Origin: a virus
Virus record (IMG/VR): IMGVR_UViG_3300018059_000546
DNA: 64,000 nucleotides
Reading direction: 5' to 3' (one strand)
Shown here: one piece after another, positions 48,301 through 57,290 of the stretch
Position numbering within the stretch: the stretch's first letter is position 1
Layout of the letters: every line of letters begins with the position of its first letter
Notes under the pieces: model-generated
Database searches by the model: none
Told to the model about the DNA's origin: nothing
What the model saw: only the letters and a program-made list of their open reading frames with translations
Translations under genes and position numbers: made by a program

Positions 48301-48507
48301 CAATCTCTCTTGAATAGAGAACGTATTGTTCGTGATCTGGTTGTACGTCGGAGTGACAGAACGCTGGAAGATCCGAGCAGCAGAGGACTTACCCCTACCC
48401 GGAACAGCGATCGAGGTGTCCACCGATACGATCTTCTTTCTGACCACAGGTCCGCTCCGAAACAATCTTGTGAGTCTCTGGAAGACATTTTCCTTATCTT
48501 GGGCCAT
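45349..48507 (-). CDS. gp20: Portal protein (T4 gp20-like) containing an intein
   Basis: WVRNLCKYGD, LPYGSSV.E.ARRIWRQL.L.EDAML.YRI.RSPERRVFYIDIG, EEDYFLPVRG, LFAALQVPKAYLG. Intein at residues 81-459. Confidence 0.93.
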   Translation of the reverse strand: MAQDKENVFQRLTRLFRSGPVVRKKIVSVDTSIAVPGRGKSSAARIFQRSVTPTYNQITNNTFSIQERLSRYQDYCEMEMCLSYHTLIASPEYEDGFVEIGKLAEECEKNPDKTFIVYAYNHEKGHIVPTLGKQARKTTTDKSWKVTFDDGQEIIGSFEHRLMLRDGTYCKLGELKTGMAMMPFYRRDLYARKEEAETTGYRWVYTMSDRGYNGWQSEHNLVAEFVAGREVAETEVVHHINFKKSDNTPSNLLIMDDAEHRAYHARIVNGKKWAPENQEWIDKFKKNHSEFMKNHNPVKRHDITFGRILETCERVGFNINKLQEALDAHLSVIGNRLEEKGFKNFSTFAKAYSPGWRNGGWDNQAESNPKFDKSITFETVCAAYEKGMNLKQLAAKMGYSRCKVEKRIQLRGYKNYKEFTATYENMKVVSVEYYGEIDLYDLTVDGYKNFATSTVISHNTPELNACLNLYADETCSSDEKGRVLHIYSTNSKIRSVLEDLFYNNLNIEFNLRPWVRNLCKYGDAFLLNDVDPELGVVNAVPIPVNHIERVENYDPNDPFAIKFRWVDKNKELDNWEVTHMRLLGNDMFLPYGSSVVEGARRIWRQLILIEDAMLTYRITRSPERRVFYIDIGAIPPDEVGHYMEQVKTTLRGALVSDQASGRTDQRYSPLSIEEDYFLPVRGTESGTRIDTLKGGENVGTVNDVEYIQKKLFAALQVPKAYLGFEEALGSKASLAQIDVRFSRTISMIQRTIISELNKLAMVHLAVAGYSDQDLVNFSLRLSNPSSVAQQQKLELIRSKFEIMGTSPEGLLSRDWLRLNVMGMTPEEIVQVEKEILDDAQGAAAREAASLGGGGETDEGMDLGGEDLSGGTPDMGGAPSGSPSLAGSEVVTAGEYRGNDLVLAHDDPSDTTDAPIRLSMKDDDSPVKVQTHLDRLLYNKKRRRHDGSTTHGMPDLSRMTGNDTPEMKDPTDSSFMKSFSKLGAVSETKEYALHIDPFLNGDDPGLSQDLRHALERMKAKLESKKVTNATVLSENAEEIDLDDFDDTDIVEKA
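47131..48267 (-). mobile_element. Intein with HNH endonuclease in the portal gene (379 aa)
   Basis: N-junction EMEM|CLSYHTLI; block B IGSFEHRLML; HNH VVHHINFKKSDNTPSNL; C-junction LYDLTVDGYKNFATSTVISHN|TPE. Confidence 0.9.
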
Positions 48508-48605
48508 TTTTCTTCTTACAAACTTTCTCTACAGATTAAAATAAGTAAAACGCGACCCCATCAACAAGAAAGGATCGCGTTATCTGGGTGAGAAAGCTCT
48601 TTAGT

Positions 48606-49196
48606 TTATGATTTCGAAGAACGAAGCTTGTTTGCCCACATTTCAGTGCTCTCTGTGGTCACCATCATTTTTGGTTCACCCTTTGCTTTAGCACACATAG
48701 GGCACAAACTAACTTTTTTATCATAATTGCAACCGCAAACTGGACAGTGTGTAGGATCCGAAAGAACTCTCTCAGTTCCAGTGTTCTTTGCAGCCTGCTC
48801 AGCAGTTTCCTGCACCGTGTGGTCGATCAATGCAGAATCATGACCACCCGAAGATGGCTTCGACGAAGGAGGACCACGACCATCTAGGTCCGCCCTACGA
48901 TTCGCTACGACCTCTTCTGGAGTGCTATCAAGATAGCTTAGAGGAGACTGCCACATGTCGTTGAAAAGCCCTTCCAGTGCATTTAGATGCATGGAAATGG
49001 CAGCGGAAGCTTTTCTGGAAGGCATCTGAGCTTTTTGCTTCAAACCTTCGAGTGCTTTCAGACTGGCAGAAGCGGCTTTTCCAAGCGCAACACCCATTTC
49101 GTGCATGCTCTTTGGAGATTCGACACCTTCACTGGCCTCGGCTATCTGCTTTCTGATCAAGTGTTTTAAAGAATCGATCGTCTTCTGATCCGTCAT
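48606..49196 (-). CDS. Hypothetical protein with shared peptide and C-terminal Zn ribbon
   Basis: IDSLKHLIRKQIAEA; CPVCG...CPMC. Confidence 0.6.
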   Translation of the reverse strand: MTDQKTIDSLKHLIRKQIAEASEGVESPKSMHEMGVALGKAASASLKALEGLKQKAQMPSRKASAAISMHLNALEGLFNDMWQSPLSYLDSTPEEVVANRRADLDGRGPPSSKPSSGGHDSALIDHTVQETAEQAAKNTGTERVLSDPTHCPVCGCNYDKKVSLCPMCAKAKGEPKMMVTTESTEMWANKLRSSKS

Positions 49197-49216
49197 TTGT
49201 GGTATAGCTCTATAGA

Positions 49217-49693
49217 TTATGTATTAGATAGCAGCGTGGCTTTTTCTTGGTGTCTATAAACACGCTCTACCCAGTCGAGGAACTTCTCTACGACATAGGC
49301 AGATTTACCTTTGTTGCACATTGCGCAACATGAGACGCAATTGCCAGAGAGATACCCTCTGTTATTATCAACATTGGACGAAAGACCGCAATAGTGACAC
49401 GGTCCAATGACCAAATTTCGAGCCTCAGTTTGGGAAAGGTTCCATTCTAGACCTCTACGAGAGGCTCCGCCCTTTGAATCACCAATCCGCCGATCGACAG
49501 CACTACGTGCAGTGCGACGACGTACAGGTCGCTTACGTTTCCTAGCTCCAATTCCGATGTTCTTTCGATGCGCTTCAGATTTTTTTCTACCCCTAAGAAC
49601 ATCACTCATCATTTGGCAATATTCAGGAGTCGATCTTCTCTTTGCTGCTTCACTAAGTTTTCGACGAGTTTCTTCAGAATGTGGTTTTCTCAC
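49217..49693 (-). CDS. NUMOD3-HNH homing endonuclease (possibly degenerate)
   Basis: KPHSEETRRKLSEA, GRKKSEAHRKNI, CHYCG...NNRGYLSGNCVSCCAMCNKGK. Confidence 0.75.
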   Translation of the reverse strand: MRKPHSEETRRKLSEAAKRRSTPEYCQMMSDVLRGRKKSEAHRKNIGIGARKRKRPVRRRTARSAVDRRIGDSKGGASRRGLEWNLSQTEARNLVIGPCHYCGLSSNVDNNRGYLSGNCVSCCAMCNKGKSAYVVEKFLDWVERVYRHQEKATLLSNT

Positions 49694-49714
49694 CAGCTTA
49701 AATATTTGATGCCA

Positions 49715-51325
49715 TCACTTGAAGAGCCAATTGAAATCAATCGTTCCAGGTATCGGAGCGTCCACCTTTCTGTACCCAGACGTCAAAATCGGTGCTCTAA
49801 TTTCGTTATTCTTCTGTTGTAGAATCTCAGGTTTCAACCCGTCCGGTTCTTTCAAAGGTCGCGAAGACTTACTGATGTGACCCAAAAGAATAGCATCTGC
49901 CACGAAGTCTCCTGTACCCTCACCGTAGACTGCGTCCATGACGTAGACTCCGATAGCTAAAGATACGATCAGATCGTCATGTTTTCCTCGCATGGGACGA
50001 GCTTTTTCACCCTCCCAGATGAAAGTATCTAGCTCTTGCATGAGGCGGCTAGAGTACGTTCTGAGCTTTTTGCGTCTGATGATCGTTTCGAGCTTACTGA
50101 GTGCGATCCTTCTCGTATTCAAATCTGTCACAAATCCTGGCATCTCTTCAGCCGATGGAATGTATCCATCCAGGCGTCCTTTGGGAGCCTTCATGTAGTA
50201 CAGTTTGGGGTACTTCTTGAGCTTGAGATGAGAGCAGGTCATGTATCCGAACGTATTCTGTTCTGGACAGCAAAGAGCGTTGTAGTAACGTCTGCCCCAT
50301 TCGTCAATGAGCTCAGCCAGCTTATCAGGTGATCTCTTTCCACAGTACTCTACAACGACCTCTGCAGCATCTACATCGATGATATGGAATGTGGAGAAGT
50401 CCTTAGCATCTCCTCTAGCAACGTCTGCAGAGATAATATATCGATGTCCAGAAACGGGTGCTTTCCAAACCCAGCAGTCCTTGTTTTCAGGATCTTTCGA
50501 AGGTTCGGTCTTCAAAGAAGTGAGCCATAGCATCTCTTCGTTTTGGAAGAACGTATCTCCCGATCCAATGAACTGACATAGAAGTTCTTGGAGCACTCGC
50601 TTGCGTGATCCTAGTTGACGTGATTGTTCTTCGAACCACGCTTGGTCACGTTCTGGATGTAGATCCCAGGATAGCTTGATGGGATTGAAGTCGTTTTTTC
50701 TGGCTTCGGCGGCCGTATAGAGGTCGTAGTACAGGCCACCGACACCGTTCGGAGTAGAGAGGATGATCGCATTGCCTCCAGTAGAAAGGGTAGGATAGAT
50801 CGAAGTCCATAATTCTTCGAAGTTAGAAATGAATGCAGCTTCGTCGACGATCAGAAGCGAAATGGCCTCAGAGCGACCGGCATTCGATGAAGTCGTGGAC
50901 GCCTGGATGATCGATCCATTGGCGAACCGAACTTCTTGACGGTTCGATTCGAAAGAACTGATCAAAAGCCATGGTGGAAGGCTTTCCATCATCTTTTTGA
51001 CCTTCTTGATGAAGTTCACCGCGGTCGAGAGCTTGGTAGCAATGACAAGGATGTTCTTATCTCGATAGAACAGAGCCAACCAAACAGCGTAAGCGGCTGA
51101 TATGGTCGAAATTCCCAGCTGCCTAGATTTCAGAATGATGTTGAATCGGTGTTCAATGAACTGTTCGATGCAATCTTTCTGGAAATCGTAAAGCTTGAAA
51201 GGGACAGTTCCCCTAGTCGGGTGTTGAACCTTGCAGTAATTCTCAATGAAGTGAATTGGGTCTTTTCCACACTTCACAATTTCGTTAATGTGGAGCTGTC
51301 TACTTCTATCGAAAGCGTTCTTCAT
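49715..51325 (-). CDS. terL: Terminase large subunit (T4 gp17-like)
   Basis: LYDFQ; Walker A KSRQLGIST; Walker B LLIVDEAAF; STPNG; nuclease ADVARG...HDDLIVS. Confidence 0.95.
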   Translation of the reverse strand: MKNAFDRSRQLHINEIVKCGKDPIHFIENYCKVQHPTRGTVPFKLYDFQKDCIEQFIEHRFNIILKSRQLGISTISAAYAVWLALFYRDKNILVIATKLSTAVNFIKKVKKMMESLPPWLLISSFESNRQEVRFANGSIIQASTTSSNAGRSEAISLLIVDEAAFISNFEELWTSIYPTLSTGGNAIILSTPNGVGGLYYDLYTAAEARKNDFNPIKLSWDLHPERDQAWFEEQSRQLGSRKRVLQELLCQFIGSGDTFFQNEEMLWLTSLKTEPSKDPENKDCWVWKAPVSGHRYIISADVARGDAKDFSTFHIIDVDAAEVVVEYCGKRSPDKLAELIDEWGRRYYNALCCPEQNTFGYMTCSHLKLKKYPKLYYMKAPKGRLDGYIPSAEEMPGFVTDLNTRRIALSKLETIIRRKKLRTYSSRLMQELDTFIWEGEKARPMRGKHDDLIVSLAIGVYVMDAVYGEGTGDFVADAILLGHISKSSRPLKEPDGLKPEILQQKNNEIRAPILTSGYRKVDAPIPGTIDFNWLFK

Positions 51326-51329
51326 TCAG

Positions 51330-51713
51330 TCATTCCATCGAGAACACAAGATGTCGTCTGTAGTACGACATACGACGTGGGCTAGTAAACGTTCCCGAAA
51401 TCAACTCAAATGCGTCAGTGTCACCAACTTGCTTAAACTTCAGAGAATCGCCACCCAAGTCCTTGTATTCCTTCTTTATCTTCGTCACTGCATCCTTGAC
51501 TAGGGCCTCGGATTCGATCTTACAACGTTCTTGCGCTGTCTGAAGATCATGTGTACCGAAGGTGTTCACAATCGTAGTAAAGACGAAGGTAACCAAGGTG
51601 TCATCTCCGTTGCCAGCAAGTTTGATCTTGACGGATTTTGTAGAATCTTCGGACAGAGATGATCTTCCGAACGTAGTATCAATGCACTGTCCAAGCAAAT
51701 TGAAGTCGACCAT
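51330..51713 (-). CDS. Conserved hypothetical protein upstream of terminase
   Basis: 127 aa. TACTTA upstream. Confidence 0.6.
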   Translation of the reverse strand: MVDFNLLGQCIDTTFGRSSLSEDSTKSVKIKLAGNGDDTLVTFVFTTIVNTFGTHDLQTAQERCKIESEALVKDAVTKIKKEYKDLGGDSLKFKQVGDTDAFELISGTFTSPRRMSYYRRHLVFSME

Positions 51714-51720
51714 TGTGCTA

Positions 51721-52002
51721 TTAAGTATCCCGTAGCATGGAGAGGTCTACTGAGACTGGAAGAGAGAGCCTTTTCTCTACTTCTTCCTTCAGAGCCTCAG
51801 GTGTCGGACGCCAACCGGTCTTCCATTCTTCCAATCTGCTGTCAGCGAATGTCATCCCGCACTTGTGGCAGCATTTCTTGGCCTCGTAGGAGACTCTATC
51901 CTCGTACGTTCGCATGGCAAACTCGCAGACAGGACAGAACATGGGAATGCCTTCCGATGGGTCTGTTCTCTTGTCAACGAAGACGAAATCCACGTTCTTC
52001 AT
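51721..52002 (-). CDS. Small Zn-finger hypothetical protein
   Basis: CPVC...CCHKC...WKTGWRP. Confidence 0.65.
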   Translation of the reverse strand: MKNVDFVFVDKRTDPSEGIPMFCPVCEFAMRTYEDRVSYEAKKCCHKCGMTFADSRLEEWKTGWRPTPEALKEEVEKRLSLPVSVDLSMLRDT

Positions 52003-55000
52003 GAATTTCCGCCATCCAGCTTAGAAAACTCTCCGACCATGCTAACTTCTAGAGTTCTATCCATCATTTCTTTGACCGAATCGTTATGGGTCATGACGAT
52101 CACGAATCTGAAGATCTTCTTCAATTCTGCGAGCAATCCCTTGCAAGCCATGACGTTGTCAGCATCCAACATAGAAAATCCTTCGTCTACGATGAAGAAG
52201 TCTGGCATAGGGATGCAAGATATGTCTCTAAGCGCCACTCGTAAAGCCAGAGAAATAAGGGTTCTCTCCATCCCGGATCCAAGTTCGGCTATCCGCTTCT
52301 TCCCTTTCTTAGAAAGAATGACTTCTAAATTCCCCTTTTCGTCGTCCATCCTAAGTTGAACTGTGAAATCGACGATCTTGGAAAGTAGATCATTCATTCG
52401 ATTGTTGATGTGATCCAAGTGCTGAGACATGATGAACCTTGGAAGTCCATCCTTAGAAAAGATTTCTGTGATAGTCTCTAAGAGATCTAGACGATTATCG
52501 AGTGTCGAACAGAGTTCGATCTGGGTTTTAGTGAGTTCTACTTCTTTGCGTAGACTTCCCAATTCTGAGTGTGACTCGTCCAGTTCTAACTGAACAGTTG
52601 AGTGCCTAGTCCGTGTGGCCAACAAGAGCTCAACCTTTTTTTCATCGATCGTATCGAATTGTGACTTAGTTGATTCGAGCTTTTCATTGACCTTTAGAAG
52701 CGAGTCCTTTCTCGATGAAACCAACGTATCGATAGAACGAAGCTCGTTTACGAACTTCTCCTTCTCCTTGTTCAGATCATCTCTTGTCTTGCTCTTAGAG
52801 AGAAGATCATCGATCTTCAAAACTGCCATTTGGTCGGCAAGATCAGAAACTGCCGACTCTATCTTTTGGTAGTTTTTTCTCAACGATGAAAGAGATTGTT
52901 TGTCCTTATGAGAATCGACTATGAATTTGCACGTGAGAAACTGGTCTCCACAGGGTACCTCCAAAAGCTTGAGAGAAGACTTTTCTGCAGTCTTCAATTT
53001 TTCTGATGCGATTGACAGATCATTTTTAGCTGTTCCAAGAACGTCCTTCAGCTTCATTGCGTCCTTCATTTTTTGGACGATTTGCATTGCATCAATCGCT
53101 GCGATCTTAAAATCTAACTGTAGTACATCATCTTCGTAGGTTGCTTTCTTCTTTTCGCAATCAGAAAGTTGAGATGCTATTGAGTCACTCAGGACGATCA
53201 GTTTTGCCAGTTCTTTTTCCAGAGCACTCTTAGAAAGGAGAGAAGAACCAGACTTGGATATTTCCACTTCAAGTTTTTGAATCGATGCTGAAAGTTTATC
53301 TCGTTCCTTCGTTTTGCTGCCCAGGTCATTTGTCAGTTGGATGATGAGATTTTCTCTCTTCTTGAGCTCATCTCGAAGCATAGTCACAGGAATAGTACTT
53401 GTGACCTTTCTCTCCGTCTTGACAGTATTCATCTCTTTCTTTGCGAGAGAATGGATATCAGACAAGCAATCGATTCCAAGGAATCTCGAAACGATTTCCT
53501 TCCTGACTGTCGATCCTTCTTTCAAGAACTTTCCGAGATCTTCTTGGGCTGCCATCGAGGTCATCATGAAATCATCGACAGAACCGATCATATCTTTGAT
53601 GACCTTGTCGGTGTCGTTTCTCTGTTCTCCTGTCAAATCAGATTTCTTCGACAATGCCTTGAGATGAAGCTTAGTGGCCGAGGCATCTCTATTCACAGGA
53701 TGACGGGTAGATGTTCTCACAATTTCGTAGGTATTGCCATCCACGTCCACCTCGCTACATGTCCTGGACGAATCCTTCGAATCGTTGATGTAGAATGCGT
53801 TCTTCGTACAGTCTCGATCAGAACTGTTGAAAAGTCCGTACAGGAGAGCTCCCAGAACAGACGATTTTCCGGATGCGTTGGGACCGATGATTCCGACGAG
53901 CCCTGATAAATCGGCAAAGTCTATTTCGTTGTTTTCAGCATATGAATACAGGTTGTCGAATGAGAACTTATTCATCGTCCATCGATGAGGCTTAACATTT
54001 CCGACCTTCAATCGGTCCGCATACGAACGAATTTCTACTTCGACATCTTTCCACTTGATATCTGTTTTGACATTGTGGTCAGCATAGTGTTTAGCTTGCA
54101 GCACAAGAGAATCGATGGAATCTAACTTGACAGCTTCAGAAATTCTCTTCTTTACGCTCTTTTCAGCTTTTTGACTTTCTAGCATCACCACTTCGTGAGC
54201 TTCAAAAGACGACAACGTATCTTTAAGGGAAGACTTCTGAACGGCTGTCAAGTCTTCGCAGATAAGACGGCATCGAACGTTTTTCAGATCTACCAAGTCA
54301 GTCGCGATTACGGACTTGTAGTTTTCTGGATTAATAGTGAGAGTGACGAAAGGATTCGCACCTTCAATCTTTACGAACTCTACCTCTCTTTTGCCTGTAT
54401 CAAGATCGATCGTCCACAACAAGTACCCGTGATCTAAATCTTCATCGTAGCTTTGTTGAATAAGAGAACCTGGGTAAGCTACTCTTGGAGGATTGTAGTT
54501 CCCAAGAAATTGGGTCTTATGGATATCACCAAGCATGGCGATGTCGAATTCGTCAAAATCAGAGACGAATTTCTCTCCCTCCATCTCCCAATCCGAAGCT
54601 GTCTTCGCTCCATGAACTGCGCCGTGAAAGCACGCGATATTGTATTTCCCTTTCTGCGCATGCAGGTCTTCCCAATTTTCTGGATCGAATGGACTGTAGA
54701 CACACCAGTTCGCCCTATCGGTGATCGAATACACCCCTGTACGCTTGTACAGTTTCACCTTGGGGTCATCCATGATATCAACGATAGGAGAGACAGCATC
54801 TAGCCTCTCCAGATTCTTCAGATTCCCATCGTGGTTACCCAACATCATATGCACTTCGGCCACTTCACGAAGTGATCTGAGCGTATCGTAGAGCAGATTT
54901 ATGTACTCTGGGGAGATTCCTGACAACTTCGTATGGAAGATGTCTCCACCGATCCAAACGTATTCTACCCCTCTTTTAGCGATGTCTTGTTTGAGGTTTT

Positions 55001-55097
55001 CGAAGACGCGTCTGTACTCATCATGTCGCTGAGTGGACCTGATATGAATGTCAGCGATGTGGCAGATCTTCAGAATGTTTTTGCTTCTAGTTTCCAT
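51999..55097 (-). CDS. Fused Mre11/SbcD-Rad50/SbcC recombination nuclease (gp47-gp46 fusion)
   Basis: Phosphoesterase motifs HIADIH, GGDIFH, GNHD, GDIH; Walker A GPNASGKSS; coiled coil with PCGDQFLTC hook; SGME signature; VDEGF..LD; MTH. Confidence 0.9.
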   Translation of the reverse strand: METRSKNILKICHIADIHIRSTQRHDEYRRVFENLKQDIAKRGVEYVWIGGDIFHTKLSGISPEYINLLYDTLRSLREVAEVHMMLGNHDGNLKNLERLDAVSPIVDIMDDPKVKLYKRTGVYSITDRANWCVYSPFDPENWEDLHAQKGKYNIACFHGAVHGAKTASDWEMEGEKFVSDFDEFDIAMLGDIHKTQFLGNYNPPRVAYPGSLIQQSYDEDLDHGYLLWTIDLDTGKREVEFVKIEGANPFVTLTINPENYKSVIATDLVDLKNVRCRLICEDLTAVQKSSLKDTLSSFEAHEVVMLESQKAEKSVKKRISEAVKLDSIDSLVLQAKHYADHNVKTDIKWKDVEVEIRSYADRLKVGNVKPHRWTMNKFSFDNLYSYAENNEIDFADLSGLVGIIGPNASGKSSVLGALLYGLFNSSDRDCTKNAFYINDSKDSSRTCSEVDVDGNTYEIVRTSTRHPVNRDASATKLHLKALSKKSDLTGEQRNDTDKVIKDMIGSVDDFMMTSMAAQEDLGKFLKEGSTVRKEIVSRFLGIDCLSDIHSLAKKEMNTVKTERKVTSTIPVTMLRDELKKRENLIIQLTNDLGSKTKERDKLSASIQKLEVEISKSGSSLLSKSALEKELAKLIVLSDSIASQLSDCEKKKATYEDDVLQLDFKIAAIDAMQIVQKMKDAMKLKDVLGTAKNDLSIASEKLKTAEKSSLKLLEVPCGDQFLTCKFIVDSHKDKQSLSSLRKNYQKIESAVSDLADQMAVLKIDDLLSKSKTRDDLNKEKEKFVNELRSIDTLVSSRKDSLLKVNEKLESTKSQFDTIDEKKVELLLATRTRHSTVQLELDESHSELGSLRKEVELTKTQIELCSTLDNRLDLLETITEIFSKDGLPRFIMSQHLDHINNRMNDLLSKIVDFTVQLRMDDEKGNLEVILSKKGKKRIAELGSGMERTLISLALRVALRDISCIPMPDFFIVDEGFSMLDADNVMACKGLLAELKKIFRFVIVMTHNDSVKEMMDRTLEVSMVGEFSKLDGGNS

Positions 55098-56044
55098 ATG
55101 CTCCCACTGGCACTTTCGATAGTTCTATGAAGCTTGAGCTTCATGATGTCGTATTCTGTCAGAACTTGAGCCTTTTTGACAACTTCTTCCACAGCCACGG
55201 CTGTCATTTGTCCCGGATCTTTGTTGTCTAAGAATACGCATTTTACCGATATTCCGTATGACATGAATCTCTTCGTAAGATACAACATCCTCTCTTGCAT
55301 GTCAGAATCTAACATCAACACAATCGGTGTTCCATTGTACAAAATCTTATCGTGGAGGAGCGCTTCTTCTGAGATTGAAGATCCGAGAATGCATGTGGCG
55401 TTCATACGGCATTTGATAAGATCGAAAGGTCCTTCTACAAGAACGAGTTCTTTCTTCCAATCAATGTTCATTTCATCGAAGACTATCTCAGTTCGTTTGA
55501 TGTCGCAATTCTCGTACTTTCGAAATTGCTGATCTGTGACTATTCTTCCAGTGAAGTAGTTCAAATCTCCGTTACGATCGAACGATGGAACGATGATTCG
55601 ATCGATCCATTTTTCATTTCGAGAATATCCGAGCTTCCATCTCCACATCTCTCTGATTCCGATACCTCTAGATTTGAGGTATCCAACCAACCTATCAGCA
55701 TACTGATCTCCTTGAGTCGCTCCAAGAAGTTTGAAATCTGATGGTAGACACAACGGCATGACATCATCGATTGTTGCCGACTTGTCATGCAAGAATGGAT
55801 TGATGACCTTGTAGTCTTCAATACGGTCTTGGGCGAATTTTTTGAGCAGAGGAAGAAGAGAACGGGCAGACCATCCACACACCCAGCAGTGGTTGACATC
55901 GTCTGTCAACCTGATTGACAACTTCTTTTTCTCTGCCCTGCTGTCGTTACAAATAGGGCAACGAACTGTTATGTTCTCTCGTCGAACGTCACCAGCACCA
56001 AAAATGGACTGAATGAAGTCGATTTTTTGTGAGGCCGTGAGCAT
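55070..56044 (-). CDS. DNA primase (Zn finger + TOPRIM)
   Basis: CPIC...HCWVCG; YLKSRGI; RIIVPS; LVEGPFD; LDSD; DPG. Confidence 0.88.
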   Translation of the reverse strand: MLTASQKIDFIQSIFGAGDVRRENITVRCPICNDSRAEKKKLSIRLTDDVNHCWVCGWSARSLLPLLKKFAQDRIEDYKVINPFLHDKSATIDDVMPLCLPSDFKLLGATQGDQYADRLVGYLKSRGIGIREMWRWKLGYSRNEKWIDRIIVPSFDRNGDLNYFTGRIVTDQQFRKYENCDIKRTEIVFDEMNIDWKKELVLVEGPFDLIKCRMNATCILGSSISEEALLHDKILYNGTPIVLMLDSDMQERMLYLTKRFMSYGISVKCVFLDNKDPGQMTAVAVEEVVKKAQVLTEYDIMKLKLHRTIESASGSIWKLEAKTF

Positions 56045-56058
56045 TCTACATTTGAATT

Positions 56059-56790
56059 TTACTTCTTCGGTGGTACCTTGTGCATGTGACAAGTTTTTTG
56101 TAGATGGCCGCGGCCTTTACAGAGCTTGCAGAGTCTCTTTTTCCCTCTCAAAGAGGCAGCCATTTTTTCACGCGTTTCTAAAGAGATTGTAAGCTTTTTC
56201 TGAGCAACACTCATTCTCTGTCTAGTTTCATCGTTAGCTTTACGGCCGAGCATACTTTTGATTCCCGGCTTTCCAAACATAGGATTTTTGTCACCTAGTT
56301 TAGATTTTCTAATGTTTTCGGCATGTTCTTTGCTCTTCTTTTTCCCTGTTAGATTTTCACGTAAAATACGAGCAGCTTTGAGAGCAGTTTCAGGATCTTT
56401 CATGGGGTTGTTTTCACGCAACCTTTTTGAAAATTTCTCTCGTTTTTCGAGAGTCCATGATGCTTTCATTTTCTCACGAACTTCTTCAGATGGATTTACT
56501 ATTCCGTCTCCGCCTCGTGTCATATTCGTTCCAATGTTTTTACCCGCCGCACGAGTTCCAAGTTCTGCGACTAGACGAATTTCTAAATCAAGAGCGTCGT
56601 ATGGGCAACATGTTTGGTAGACTATTTGACGATGAATTCCAAATGTAGACGCTATCTTACGATGTTTCGTGTTCCTACGAAAACTCTTGACACGATCCTT
56701 GTTTCCCTTTCCAACGTAGAAAGGTCTTGGAACTACTTCTTCTGTGTAGTCAACGTAGACAAAATACCAGATTTTGCAATCACGTAAGAG
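56059..56790 (-). CDS. GIY-YIG-like homing endonuclease with NUMOD3 repeats (start uncertain)
   Basis: YFVYVD...PFYVGKG...R...E...NMTRGGDG; GKKKSKEHAENI; GDKNPMFGK; ETRQRMS. No clear ATG; overlaps the resolvase 3' end. Confidence 0.75.
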   Translation of the reverse strand, partial: LLRDCKIWYFVYVDYTEEVVPRPFYVGKGNKDRVKSFRRNTKHRKIASTFGIHRQIVYQTCCPYDALDLEIRLVAELGTRAAGKNIGTNMTRGGDGIVNPSEEVREKMKASWTLEKREKFSKRLRENNPMKDPETALKAARILRENLTGKKKSKEHAENIRKSKLGDKNPMFGKPGIKSMLGRKANDETRQRMSVAQKKLTISLETREKMAASLRGKKRLCKLCKGRGHLQKTCHMHKVPPKK

Positions 56791-57290
56791 TCCATCGTAT
56801 CGTACGCCCAATCGACTATTTTTGATGAACGTTTTTTGGTGGGCCAAACTAGATGTTTGAGATCTCTCTCCATCAAATAGTCTGCTGTTTGCTGCTTGTG
56901 GGTTTTCCCGCATTTCGACACTCGTTGCGTCAAAATACCACACGTTTTTCTAGCGTGTGAGGCTGTTATGAATTTTGGAGAACTTAATAGTTCTCGAACT
57001 TTCCAAGACACCAATGTGTTGAATCTAATCAACGTCATCAGTGTGTGTGCAGACGTCTTGCCCTGACTATAGCCAAGAGCAGGTTCTTCAATCCAAACTT
57101 CGTAGATTGAGTGCGCGATCAAAAGTTTAGAAATTTCGTCGTGTACGAAATCTACTTTCTTCCAAAAATCATCTATCTTTCTAAGATCAATGTGTGTCAT
57201 CAACACAATAGAAAAATCTTCTTTCAAAATCGTTACACCAACGATAGAAGTAGAGACGTCTAAACCCATAAAAAGATTTGACATTTTCAA
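56733..57290 (-). CDS. RuvC-like Holliday junction resolvase
   Basis: MGLDVSTSIVG, VWIEEP, ARK, YDTMDSYVIA. Confidence 0.82.
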   Translation of the reverse strand: MKMSNLFMGLDVSTSIVGVTILKEDFSIVLMTHIDLRKIDDFWKKVDFVHDEISKLLIAHSIYEVWIEEPALGYSQGKTSAHTLMTLIRFNTLVSWKVRELLSSPKFITASHARKTCGILTQRVSKCGKTHKQQTADYLMERDLKHLVWPTKKRSSKIVDWAYDTMDSYVIAKSGILSTLTTQKK

